A DNA stretch of 64,000 nt, from IMG/VR virus record IMGVR_UViG_3300046834_000025, positions 1 to 64,000 of that record, one strand, 5' to 3'. Under the pieces are notes generated by a model. It was not told the origin of the DNA, did not search any database, and worked only from the letters and a program-made list of their open reading frames with translations. This stretch comes from a virus. Made by a program: the position numbers and the translations under genes. This document shows positions 9,506 through 18,444 of this stretch, piece after piece. Every line of letters starts with the position of its first letter. Position 1 is the first letter of the stretch.

Positions 9506-9902
9506 GGGCGATCCATCGCTGCAGGCGAACGGCTTCGATCCCACGCCGGACGGCTCCACCTTGCGGGCCAGCCCACGTAGCGTAGTCGTCGTTGAGGCCG
9601 AAGTGGTTGTAGAGCCTCTGTTCCTGCGCAGCCTTGAGCGGGCTGTCAGGATCGAAGTTCGGCGCGTCCGTCACCTGCTCCTTGGTGTACGGGACCTCGA
9701 TGCCGGTCTCCGTGAGGACGGCATGGCTGGTGGGGATGACGTTCTCGTTGAGGCCGAACAGGCCGGTGTGCACGCCGATCCACTGCGGCTCGCCGGACTC
9801 GCTGTCCAGGTAGACCTCTCCTGCCTTGCCGATCTTCGCACCGTCGACCGTGCTGAACACGTCGGTGCCCTTGACCCTGGTGATCTGATCCTTGAGAAAC
9901 AT
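9492..9902 (-). CDS. PRC-barrel domain protein
   Basis: DGAKIGKAGEVYLDSESGEPQWIGVHTGLFG...VPYTKEQVTDAP...LYNHFGL; AAGGAGG RBS. Confidence 0.85.
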   Translation of the reverse strand: MFLKDQITRVKGTDVFSTVDGAKIGKAGEVYLDSESGEPQWIGVHTGLFGLNENVIPTSHAVLTETGIEVPYTKEQVTDAPNFDPDSPLKAAQEQRLYNHFGLNDDYATWAGPQGGAVRRGIEAVRLQRWIARDKG

Positions 9903-9932
9903 GGCGTTCCCTCCTTGGTTGGTATGTTGAAG

Positions 9933-9958
9933 GTACCCAAGAGAAGGTAGTTTGAAAC
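9933..9958 (-). promoter_or_regulatory. SigB/SigF-type stress promoter
   Basis: GTTT-N16-GGGTAC on the minus strand, 30 nt upstream of the PRC ATG. Confidence 0.65.
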
Positions 9959-10053
9959 GGGCTGGTGTGGGTAAGACGTTGGTGTCAGGAGTCCTCTCAA
10001 AGCCTGCCTCTCGCTCGCCCCCCTTCTTCGGGAGGAGGGCGAGCGTTGTGTTG

Positions 10054-10233
10054 TCAGGCATCATCTGCGCCACCCTTGTGTTGCTGCGCAGTCGCCTCAC
10101 GAACCATCTGTCCGACCAGGTAGAGTGCCTGGCTCTGCGTGAAGCCTGCCGCAACGTAGGCAAGGAAGATCTCGTGCAGGCTGACGGCCATCTCTGCCAT
10201 CGCGGTCATGGGGTCTTCTGGCTTCTGCTGCAT
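10054..10233 (-). CDS. Hypothetical protein
   Basis: AVSLHEIFLAYVAAGFTQSQAL resembles a common small actinophage protein family. Confidence 0.7.
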   Translation of the reverse strand: MQQKPEDPMTAMAEMAVSLHEIFLAYVAAGFTQSQALYLVGQMVREATAQQHKGGADDA

Positions 10234-10481
10234 CACGGGGTCCACCCATTCACTCGTGCGGAGAGACGGTATCGCGGGACGGTCGCGCGGACGAACGCAT
10301 CGAAGTACTCCTCGCTCAGACCGTGTTCGGTGAGTGCCCGCTTCAGGTCGTTGTAGGTGATGCTGCTGCCGTACTTCCGGTTTGCCCTGGTCGCGCTCTC
10401 GAAGACGACACGGAGCGCGGCATCCTGCTTGTCCTTGAAGAAGAACCCAAGCCGCTCAAGCTGCTTCTCAAGATCGCTCAT
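10233..10481 (-). CDS. Hypothetical protein
   Basis: 82 aa, coupled. Confidence 0.6.
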   Translation of the reverse strand: MSDLEKQLERLGFFFKDKQDAALRVVFESATRANRKYGSSITYNDLKRALTEHGLSEEYFDAFVRATVPRYRLSARVNGWTP

Positions 10482-10597
10482 CGACCCACCCAGTCCTTCC
10501 CGCAGGAGCAGTAGTACGCTCGCTTCCGAGAGTGGCCGTAGATGTCCGGCAACACGGCTGCGCGGTGTCCTCTCAGACGGTGCCACCAGGTCTTCAT
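10478..10597 (-). CDS. Hypothetical 39-aa protein
   Basis: MKTWWHRLRGH...YCSCGKDW; ATGA overlaps at both ends. Confidence 0.5.
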   Translation of the reverse strand: MKTWWHRLRGHRAAVLPDIYGHSRKRAYYCSCGKDWVGR

Positions 10598-10854
10598 GGC
10601 AGTGGGTAGTCGGGACCGGCGACGATCTCATACACGCCGTAGGTCCAGGAGTGCGAGCTACCCTGGTGGTCGCAGGACGCACCCATGAACCAGCCGTGAG
10701 CGTCGATCCAGGCGATGCGGTCTGCACGCTCGCTCTCGAGCAGGCAGGCACGCTGTGCGCTGGCTTTCTGTCGGGAGCGAACGAGAGAGCCCACGGGCGG
10801 CAGGATGATGGGCAGGTCGCCAGGAGTGCCCTTGCGCCGGTCGGTCGTGATCAT
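10594..10854 (-). CDS. Hypothetical protein
   Basis: 86 aa, GAAGGAAACC RBS. Confidence 0.55.
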   Translation of the reverse strand: MITTDRRKGTPGDLPIILPPVGSLVRSRQKASAQRACLLESERADRIAWIDAHGWFMGASCDHQGSSHSWTYGVYEIVAGPDYPLP

Positions 10855-10865
10855 GTTGGTTTCCT

Positions 10866-11363
10866 TCAGGGTCGACGGATGGTGACTGTGTCTGCCTCGT
10901 TGGAGAGGTAGTCTGAGAGAAAGCCTTCTGCGCGCTGCAGGCTCGCGAGGATGTGGTCACGGTCGGCAGGCTGCATCGTGACGCACACGTTGTACATCGC
11001 CTCGTAGCTGCAGAGCATCGCGGCTCGCAGGAGTTCCACGGCAAGCTCTTCGGTCGACGGCGGTCGTGGGACGTTGATGGAGGCCATCATCTGCCCGCGC
11101 TCGAGTTCCTTGATCTTGCGCTGCAGCCGCTCGACCTCCGGCTCCGGCATCTCCTCTGCTGCACGGCGGTTCTTGACAGTCTCCGGCTCGTTGGCCTCGA
11201 TCGATCCCATTGCGCTGGCACGTCCCTTCGGTGGCGGTGGTGGTGTGGTGATGTCGGTCGTGGGCTGCTTGTCGAGGATCCTTGCTGCCTGCCTGCGCAG
11301 CCTGCTGTTGAGCGTAGTCGGTTCCCCGTGCGGGTCACGCCAGTCCTGGTCGCCCCAGGCCAT
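10866..11363 (-). CDS. Hypothetical protein
   Basis: MAWGDQDW..., coiled segment. Confidence 0.6.
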   Translation of the reverse strand: MAWGDQDWRDPHGEPTTLNSRLRRQAARILDKQPTTDITTPPPPPKGRASAMGSIEANEPETVKNRRAAEEMPEPEVERLQRKIKELERGQMMASINVPRPPSTEELAVELLRAAMLCSYEAMYNVCVTMQPADRDHILASLQRAEGFLSDYLSNEADTVTIRRP

Positions 11364-11524
11364 CAGAGCCAGACCGGGTAGAACGACTGGACAACGGCGT
11401 TGCAGTCGATGCAGGCACGCGGCTCTGTGTTGGCGGGAAGCTGGACAGCGAACGTGCTGTTGCCTCTTGCCCTCCAACAGGTCGGGCAGAGCGCGTGCAG
11501 TTCGAGGTTGTTGCGCGGCTTCAC
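11363..11524 (-). CDS. Small Zn-ribbon protein
   Basis: CPTC...CIDC; GGAGGAG RBS. Confidence 0.55.
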   Translation of the reverse strand: MKPRNNLELHALCPTCWRARGNSTFAVQLPANTEPRACIDCNAVVQSFYPVWL

Positions 11525-11685
11525 TGCTCCTCCTTGATGATGCCGAGTAGCTTGAACAGACCAGCACGGCACCGTCTGCCTTCAGTGCCACGCTGCTTGT
11601 GGAACGGTGGTGGCGCGAGCAACCAGTTCTTCTGCCACCATTTCAACGGCGGCAACGGCTCTCCGCAGAATTGGCACTGCCTCAT
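11521..11685 (-). CDS. Small hypothetical protein
   Basis: MRQCQFCG...; coupled. Confidence 0.5.
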   Translation of the reverse strand: MRQCQFCGEPLPPLKWWQKNWLLAPPPFHKQRGTEGRRCRAGLFKLLGIIKEEQ

Positions 11686-11987
11686 CGGCCTTCCCTCCCA
11701 CTGTTGAAGCCTGCCTTGAACGCTTCGAAGACGGTCACAGGGTTCGTGAGCACGTCCTCTGTTCCCCAAGCTGCCCAAGCACGGTCGAACGCGCGGTCAG
11801 GACCAGAGCCGTCGCGGTTCACAACACGCTCGAGGTGGATGACCTCGATCACCTGCCACTTCAGGTCTGGTTTGCTGGCGTTCATCTCGTCGACGACAGC
11901 CCACGCGAACTCTGCCGTGCCGGTGACGGTGCCGTAGCTGATCCAGCCGTCGTTGGGGTCGAAGTACTCCAAGCGGTGTTGCTTCAT
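11682..11987 (-). CDS. Hypothetical protein
   Basis: MKQHRLEYF..., coupled. Confidence 0.55.
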   Translation of the reverse strand: MKQHRLEYFDPNDGWISYGTVTGTAEFAWAVVDEMNASKPDLKWQVIEVIHLERVVNRDGSGPDRAFDRAWAAWGTEDVLTNPVTVFEAFKAGFNSGREGR

Positions 11988-12078
11988 CGTGACAACCACC
12001 CACAACTCATCGCGTGACCCAGACCGAACCGCAATCGGAGACAGGCGGGACAGACGAACAGGTTCACCAACCAGGCCA

Positions 12079-12633
12079 TCAGAGGAGTTCCTGGTCTGGC
12101 GTGATCTCCAGCATGGTGACTTCCTCATCACTCTCGCCCGCCGCACGGAGAGCCGCGAGGAACGCCGTCGTCGCAGTACGCTTCTGGTCGTCGGTCGCCT
12201 CGATCGCGGACAGGGCTTGCACGAGCGCAACGGCCATGACACGGACTTTGGCTTGTTCTACCTCAACCAGCTTGCCACTGATCATGTCGGCGAAATCGAG
12301 TCCGAGAAGCCGTGCGCGGCGTTCCAGGACCTTGAGAGCGATCTCGACTGCACGCGGGTCGCCGGACAGTGCTCGTCCCCAGATGCCGTCCTGCAGGTCG
12401 TCGAGCCGCATCTCCTCGAGCCTGATCGCTTCTGCCCGCTTGAAACCGACGTTCTCAGGACGGCTGATCGCGCGGTGGAAGATCCTGCTGGCGTTCGAGA
12501 AGCCGTGTTCCTTCTCGATCTTGGTGAAGCTCTTGCCACGGATGCGCTCTTGCATCACAATCGCTTCGGCTTCGAGCATCGCCTTCTCTTGCTCAGCCGT
12601 CAGCGTTCTACCGAGGTTCTTCCTGGTCGCCAC
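12079..12633 (-). CDS. Putative terminase small subunit / HTH protein
   Basis: HTH-like GKSFTKIEKEHGF followed by RLDDLQDGIW...GDPRAVEIALKVLERRARLLGLD. Confidence 0.65.
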   Translation of the reverse strand: MATRKNLGRTLTAEQEKAMLEAEAIVMQERIRGKSFTKIEKEHGFSNASRIFHRAISRPENVGFKRAEAIRLEEMRLDDLQDGIWGRALSGDPRAVEIALKVLERRARLLGLDFADMISGKLVEVEQAKVRVMAVALVQALSAIEATDDQKRTATTAFLAALRAAGESDEEVTMLEITPDQELL

Positions 12634-12919
12634 CGTTGTCCTCTCCCAACAGACCGTCGATGAACGAGAGCAGGATGTCGGCAAGCTCAGGACAGTTGCC
12701 GAACGACGCACCAGGAATCCACGGGTGTCGCTTACCGTCGATGCCGATGTAGTCGAGGTTCGCTCGCGCGTGCCGAAGAGCCCATTCGAGTTTCGAGTGG
12801 TGGCCGATCGGAAAGAAGTCGGTCTCCAGGTCGAACGGTCCAGGTGCGACCGGCGTGCGGGTGATCAACAGACCGGGCTTGCCTTCGACGGTTGAGACAG
12901 ACCAGGAGTTCGCGCTCAT
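12608..12919 (-). CDS. Hypothetical protein
   Basis: Preceded by GAGAGGAAACCG start-associated sequence. Confidence 0.65.
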   Translation of the reverse strand: MSANSWSVSTVEGKPGLLITRTPVAPGPFDLETDFFPIGHHSKLEWALRHARANLDYIGIDGKRHPWIPGASFGNCPELADILLSFIDGLLGEDNGGDQEEPR

Positions 12920-12939
12920 CGGTTTCCTCTCAAGAGATG

Positions 12940-12978
12940 GCCGGTCCCCTGCCCTGTGACAGAGGGCAGGGGACCGGC
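12940..12978. terminator. GC-rich hairpin (terminator or processing site)
   Basis: GCCGGTCCCCTGCCCT / AGGGCAGGGGACCGGC 16-bp stem; no U-tract. Confidence 0.55.
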
Positions 12979-13037
12979 TCTGCAACCCGTGGTAGCTCAC
13001 CGCCTCTGTGTACGGACGGGCCTCACCGTGGGTTGTT

Positions 13038-13109
13038 CTAGAGGACGGCCACCAGCCACACGATCAGGCAGATGGCGACCAGGACGCCGACGATGGTCCA
13101 GATGTTCAT
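13038..13109 (-). CDS. 23-aa single-TM peptide
   Basis: MNIWTIVGVLVAICLIVWLVAVL; TGATG coupling. Confidence 0.5.
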   Translation of the reverse strand: MNIWTIVGVLVAICLIVWLVAVL

Positions 13110-13393
13110 CAGAGAACGTCGTCCTGCTGCTCCGCCGACTGGTCCGGCGAAACGAGGTCCGGGTGCGCCTGCAGGAACGCGACACGCTTCTCAGCGGCGG
13201 TGACGGCGGCGTCGGCGGAGATGACCTCGTCCTTCTTCTCGAGCAGGATGCGCTCGTACTTCTCGATCAGCGCGGGGTTCTCCGCGTCGATGCGCTCCTT
13301 GCGCTTGCGCGCCGTCTCGAGCACACGCTGCGCGGTCTCGAGCTCGTCCTGCGCGCGCTGCTGCGGGGTCCGGCGTTCCCTGGTGTTGGCCAC
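13109..13393 (-). CDS. Coiled-coil hypothetical protein, first gene of the leftward operon
   Basis: GTG with AGAGGAG RBS; TATGAT -10 at 13428-13433. Confidence 0.65.
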   Translation of the reverse strand: MANTRERRTPQQRAQDELETAQRVLETARKRKERIDAENPALIEKYERILLEKKDEVISADAAVTAAEKRVAFLQAHPDLVSPDQSAEQQDDVL

Positions 13394-13480
13394 CCTGATC
13401 TCTCCTCTGATTGATTCCGTTTGATACATCATACCGCGACCGGTGCGCTTTCGCTGCAGTTTCGCCGACCTCGATACACC

Positions 13481-13509
13481 TCGACAGTTCTTCCGGCTCA
13501 CGGTAGTTT
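13481..13509 (+). promoter_or_regulatory. SigA-like promoter of the ncRNA candidate
   Basis: TCGACA-N17-TAGTTT. Confidence 0.5.
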
Positions 13510-13515
13510 GCCGTC

Positions 13516-14075
13516 CTCGTGCCCGTAGGTGACGGTCTCTCTGCCGGTCTCCTGACGGTGGTGGTGGCCGGTCGCTACCGTCGGGCCGGGTCCAGAGATC
13601 GGCACGTAGGGCCAGACGGTAGGCTGGCACCTCTGTGCCTGGCCGCAACCTACTAAAGACCGCGTGCTCTGCGGGCTGCTCTCGCGACCGAGCACGGTCT
13701 GCTCTCGCTACCGGCAGGCCGGTCGCAAAGGCACCGCGCGGCGAAACGCCGCAGGCGTGCCGCTCTCGCGGGCGGGTGTACCCTGGTGCACGAAAGAACG
13801 ACTGACCGCTCTCTGGCAGAGACGGCAACCTCTGGCCACTCTGGGCCAGTTATGCCGTCTCGTCGAGAGGCCGGTCTGTATCAGCGACCGAGCACGGACG
13901 CCGTTGATCTTGAGCGCGGGCTCCTGGTACAGAGTGGCCGTAGGCGGGCATCTCTGGACCTGGACGGTTCGCGCGGTGTGCAAAGACGCGGCATGCCCGA
14001 GGCACGGCAGCCCGACCAGGTGCCACCACCGGTGGACAGAGGTGCAACTCGGCACGGTGACAGTCTGTGCCGAAG
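13516..14075 (+). ncRNA. Candidate large structured RNA (~560 nt), unknown family
   Basis: Nested long-range helices and local hairpins with G-U pairs on the plus strand; no credible CDS. Confidence 0.5.
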
Positions 14076-14137
14076 TACCGGCTGTTCGGCCTCAGTGTCG
14101 AGGCACAAGGTTGCGGAACTTGTTTCCTCGCGCCGAG

Positions 14138-14548
14138 ACCCGTTGTCCAGCTTTCAGTTTGGTTGTTGTTGGCGCGCAACGCCGTCCCGACCAGGTGGGA
14201 GTCCCGTGGGAGTGGGAAGACACTGGGAACAGTCCCGACCGTTCCAAATCGATTCTTATTCTTATCGATGAAAATTTAAATCGAATCTGCGTCCAACCAA
14301 TCTAATCCCACACACTCCCCACTCCCACCACCCATTTCCAGGACAAACCAGGACAAAACGGATCGTTTACTTTTCGATGGTGTACCGCCGTCGAAAGTTA
14401 TTGCACCGCAGTGAAATATACGCGCGGCGAAATCGGCTGCGACAGAAGCGACCGGCGCTTGATTCTAAGCGACCGGCGCTTGATTCTAAGCGACCGGCGC
14501 TTAAACCCGTTGTCCAGCATCCAGTTTGGTGGTTGTTGGCGCGCAACG
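14138..14548. repeat. Origin-like region: 44-bp direct repeat, GTGGGAGT inverted motifs, AT-rich core, 21-bp tandem repeats
   Basis: 14138-14181 vs 14505-14548 (41/44 identical); AT-rich 14247-14288; AAGCGACCGGCGCTT at 14446, 14467 and 14488. Confidence 0.7.
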
Positions 14549-14777
14549 GCTCTCGCCGTCGAGGTTTCTTCGCGAGTGGCGGTGGTCCGGCTGGCTGGCG
14601 GCGTGCTGATTTTGGGGGCTCTGCCAGGTTCTCGGCAGTCCGGTTCACTCCCCCACAGTCAACCACGGTGGGAGTCGATGGAAGTCCTTTGCAACCGAAC
14701 CACCCTCAAACCGTCATTTCACGGTTGTTAGTCCCGCAACCCCGCGAGCCCCGAACCACTCCCACACAAACCCCTGA

Positions 14778-17297
14778 TCAGAGCAACTTCGTGTTTGTGT
14801 CCACGATCTGCCACAGAGCCGTGTTCGACTTCTTCCCTGCATCTCGCACAGACAGCCCTCCGGCCCAACGGCCTTCACGGTACCGGAACCACTTCCCCAA
14901 CGTCTTGGCTGTTGAGGTGTGGTTGCCTCGCTTCGCGAGCACGTCCTCCGGCAACGCTTCCTCCGGCAGACCGCCTTCCAACCCCACACTGTCGAGCAGC
15001 TTCGCGACAGTGAACGGCTTGTCTCCGCACACCAGGTACGCCGCCTGCAGGAAGCTGCCCCACTCTTCTTCGTCCTCGAGCCCGGTCTCCCGGATCGAGT
15101 CCGGGTGGTTGACCCGTCCAACAAGCCCCGCGTGCTGCAGGATCGAGTCGCAGACCTGCTGCCACACTGCAAACGAGTCCGACCGTGCCGCCTCCACGAG
15201 AGGCCGACCGGCCACGACCCAGTCAGACACCACACCGAGCAGCGCAGCGAGCAGCCGACCACGGTTCGCCTCGACCCAACCCTCAAGGTCCGGGTGCAGG
15301 AAGTCGACCCGTGTCTCCGGGTGTTCCATCCTGGGATCGATCGTGACCCAGATCGTCCGGCGTTTCAGGTCTCCCCCGAGAGCCAGGTTGTTGCCCGTGA
15401 TCGTCCAGAGCCGGTCGTTCCGCATCGTTCGGTCTTCCGTGCGACCGAGAATCCGGTCTGTCCACTCGCGTGACGTCAACAGGCCGTCCAGAACAGCCGA
15501 ACGCAGCACGCCTGCCATGTTGTCGAACGTCACGACCGGCGCAGAAGTTGTATCCAGGATGGCCGTGATCTGCTTTCTCAGTTCCGCAACGTCGCGCGGC
15601 ATCTCCGACCGAAACACGCCGCCGTGGATCAGCCGCATCACAGAGGTACAGAGCGACTTGCCAGCACCGGGCTGAGGTGCGCCGACAGCGATCAGCGGGT
15701 ACGGTGGAGGCACTAACAGCCGAAGAACAGGCGTCAACAACGCCGCCAAGTAGTTTGCCTTGTCGTGCTCCGTTTGGAACGGGAAGTCCACCACCAGTTC
15801 CTCGAGCAACCCTAAACCGCCGTGTCTCGCAAGGTCAACCTCGAGCCCTTCGGGCGGCAAGTACAGAGTCCGTGTGTCTTGGTCGTATCCCGGCTTGTCC
15901 AGGATCGAACCGTCCTTCCGCACCAACGGAGTGTGCGTGATCGCTTCGAGATCGCGAACGGCTCGAAGCTCATCCGGCGCAGCGAGGAACATCGAGAACA
16001 CTTGAGTGGGAAAGACCGCTCGAACACGCTCGCCGCCCTTCCGCATCCGATAGACCTTGATCTTCTTCGCGACGAAGCGTGCAGCAAGAGCAGCCTCGTT
16101 CAGCCGTCGAACCTGTGCTGGCCCGTCGTCGCCGTCCTTCGGTGGCTCGTATCCATTCTCGCCGACTCTCGGCGTGTGCACCAGATCGAACCCTCTTCGG
16201 AACACGCCACCGTGCCGTGATCCCGGCATCCCCAACGTCATGATCAGCCACTCGGCAGCGTCGACGGCGTTCGTGACATCGACCTCGTGCGGGTTCGGTC
16301 CCGTCCGAACCGTCGTCCCGTCTCCCTGATCCGCGTCATCGTCCCACGCCTCGAAATCGTTCTCGACCGTTGGGCGTCCAGGCCCGACCTCATCCGCCTT
16401 CCGGCGTGCGCGTTCCGTGACATACTGGTGCTCCGACCAAGTCCACGGCTCGTTGCCCTTGGCCCGCTGTGCCGCGTGCCACATCGGCGTTTCGACCTCT
16501 TGCAGATCGAGGCACCCGCCGTCGACCAACTGATACAGGGTCACCATCATCGCGAACAGAGCGGAGTTCCGTCCGGCGAACTCCTCGCCCGTGTCCTTGC
16601 GTTGCAATGTCTCAAGCTGCTTGATGTACTTCTTCAGGATGCCGTGCGCGCGTTCGACTTGCCTTTCTGTCGGTTCGCTGTCTTCGTCGAAGTCTGTCTC
16701 GAGGGCACTCTTGCCCGCCTGCACCGTTGCAAGCCGTTCCGTGATGCCTGTCGAGTCCGCGATCGCGAGCCAGTCGTCCGCAACCAGGTACGCGCCGTCG
16801 AAGACACGGTACTGGAACGCTGACTCGTTCGCTGCTGGCCCGTACATCATCCGTGCCGGTTCGGCGCACGAGAGATCGAACTGCCCGACACCATGTTGCT
16901 CCATGAGAGCCCACACGATCCGGGTGTACTCTCCTGGCTCAACGTCTCTGTCCAGGGGCAGATGGATTCGGTACCGAGGGTTGACATCTGTGTGCGAGAA
17001 GGTTGTGTGCCAGACGAAAGCTGTTCCGTCTCGTGCCCGTTCAAAACCCTCGATGAACTCGAGCCCTGCTCTGTCAGCGTCCAGGTGAACGATCGACCGT
17101 GAGCGAACATTCGCAACAAGTTTGCGAGGCCCGGACAGATCGCCACCGAAGAACCCGTCGCACTCTTTATCTGCGGCAGGCTGGTCAAGATGAAGTAGCT
17201 CGACAAACTCATTCCAGGACAGATCGTGCCCTATCCAGTTTTTCGAGATCGCCGCTGGTGCATCTGCCGTCGCGACGTGGAATAGCCTCGCACTCAT
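14778..17297 (-). CDS. DNA primase/helicase
   Basis: LDAD...HTTFSH...PRYRIHLPL primase-like N-terminus; C-terminal P-loop QPGAGKS and VTFDN. Confidence 0.8.
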   Translation of the reverse strand: MSARLFHVATADAPAAISKNWIGHDLSWNEFVELLHLDQPAADKECDGFFGGDLSGPRKLVANVRSRSIVHLDADRAGLEFIEGFERARDGTAFVWHTTFSHTDVNPRYRIHLPLDRDVEPGEYTRIVWALMEQHGVGQFDLSCAEPARMMYGPAANESAFQYRVFDGAYLVADDWLAIADSTGITERLATVQAGKSALETDFDEDSEPTERQVERAHGILKKYIKQLETLQRKDTGEEFAGRNSALFAMMVTLYQLVDGGCLDLQEVETPMWHAAQRAKGNEPWTWSEHQYVTERARRKADEVGPGRPTVENDFEAWDDDADQGDGTTVRTGPNPHEVDVTNAVDAAEWLIMTLGMPGSRHGGVFRRGFDLVHTPRVGENGYEPPKDGDDGPAQVRRLNEAALAARFVAKKIKVYRMRKGGERVRAVFPTQVFSMFLAAPDELRAVRDLEAITHTPLVRKDGSILDKPGYDQDTRTLYLPPEGLEVDLARHGGLGLLEELVVDFPFQTEHDKANYLAALLTPVLRLLVPPPYPLIAVGAPQPGAGKSLCTSVMRLIHGGVFRSEMPRDVAELRKQITAILDTTSAPVVTFDNMAGVLRSAVLDGLLTSREWTDRILGRTEDRTMRNDRLWTITGNNLALGGDLKRRTIWVTIDPRMEHPETRVDFLHPDLEGWVEANRGRLLAALLGVVSDWVVAGRPLVEAARSDSFAVWQQVCDSILQHAGLVGRVNHPDSIRETGLEDEEEWGSFLQAAYLVCGDKPFTVAKLLDSVGLEGGLPEEALPEDVLAKRGNHTSTAKTLGKWFRYREGRWAGGLSVRDAGKKSNTALWQIVDTNTKLL

Positions 17298-17326
17298 CGC
17301 GAGCGGCACAAGCAAATCGTGAGCAT
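17294..17326 (-). CDS. 10-aa leader ORF coupled to the primase gene
   Basis: MLTICLCRSR after AGAGGGAAACCGAA; its TGA overlaps the primase ATG. Confidence 0.4.
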   Translation of the reverse strand: MLTICLCRSR

Positions 17327-17504
17327 TTCGGTTTCCCTCTCGTTGACGGTCGGTTTACAGCGATCCTACCAGTATACCCCCGCCGTCCCCGAAATGCTGC
17401 AGTTCCCACAAACCTCGACTATTCGTTTTGCTGCGGAACCCGACCTCCACAGGTTACAATGGTCGAAGTACACCACACGCCGACCAGGAAGGCACGACCT
17501 CACG

Positions 17505-18440
17505 ATGCCAGACAACGACTACCCTCTTGCCGACAGCGGTGATCGCACACCGCTGCATGGAGGCGCGATGCGCGACCGGCCACGAGGCAAAGGTCGGTTC
17601 GACTTGATCAGCCCGATCTTCCTGCAGGACCTTGCTCTCCTGATGGAGAAGGGTGCCGACAAGTACGCCGTGCGGAACTGGGAGCGTGGGTACTCGATCT
17701 CGCTCTGTGCCGACAGCGCGATGCGCCACCTGACGCAGTTCCTCGCAGGTGACGACACCGAGGACCACGTCATCCAGGCCGCGTGGAACCTGATGGTGAT
17801 ACACGCGATTCGGCGCATGGTCGAGCAGGGCAAGCTCCCCAAAGAACTGGCGGAGGGGTATGTCCCGCTTCACGTCGTGAACCCGATCACCGGCTCCATT
17901 TCGCACGACGGCGAGACGTATTCCAACAATGCCGACATCCCCGGTATCGAAGAAGACCCGACTACCCTTCTGGTGACCGAGGGAACGCCTTCTCTCGACG
18001 GCAGATTCATCGAGCCGAACGCGGTTCTCTGGGACGGCAATGAGGTACCGATCATCGCCTACCAGGGTGGCCGCCAGTACAACATGGGCCGTGCGACCGA
18101 CATCCGGCGCACGCCGACCGGCGAGATTCGAGCCGTGATCTTGCTCAAGGACGAGCCTGCCGACACGCCGACCTATGGCGCGTACCTGACCGGCTTGACT
18201 ACGCACACGAACGCAGACAACGTGATCGTCATCGAGACTGCAACACTCTTTGCCGTCTCCATGACCCTTGCCCCGCGATACGGTGCGCAGTCGCAGTGTC
18301 GGCTCTGCAAGGACGCGATCGGCTGGAACGGCTCGAGGTGGGTCGACGCCAGTGGAGACGCCGACCAGGCAGGCTTCTGCCGGGAGAGCAACGACCCTGA
18401 CCCGCAACACATCCCGAACATCGACGCGGACGGAGTCTGA
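17505..18440 (+). CDS. DUF5664 (dATP/dGTP diphosphohydrolase-like) domain fusion
   Basis: GKGRFDLI...GADKYAVRNWERG...SAMRHL...EDHVIQAAWN; TACAAT at 17455. Confidence 0.8.
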   Translation: MPDNDYPLADSGDRTPLHGGAMRDRPRGKGRFDLISPIFLQDLALLMEKGADKYAVRNWERGYSISLCADSAMRHLTQFLAGDDTEDHVIQAAWNLMVIHAIRRMVEQGKLPKELAEGYVPLHVVNPITGSISHDGETYSNNADIPGIEEDPTTLLVTEGTPSLDGRFIEPNAVLWDGNEVPIIAYQGGRQYNMGRATDIRRTPTGEIRAVILLKDEPADTPTYGAYLTGLTTHTNADNVIVIETATLFAVSMTLAPRYGAQSQCRLCKDAIGWNGSRWVDASGDADQAGFCRESNDPDPQHIPNIDADGV

Positions 18441-18444
18441 CAAG

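Noticed and set aside
13516-14075. RNase P, tmRNA or group I/II intron identity for the RNA candidate
   Set aside because: Their conserved core motifs were not found by eye and no gene is interrupted
13394-14305. Long ORFs across the non-coding block (13109-13828 extension, 13664-14305, 13786-14271)
   Set aside because: Arg/Pro-rich, no RBS, no phage-like codon bias; the real start of the 13109 gene is 13393
14446-14502. Mini-CRISPR
   Set aside because: The 6-bp spacers are identical; it is a simple tandem repeat
14377-15675. 432-aa plus-strand ORF
   Set aside because: Antisense shadow of the primase gene plus repeats
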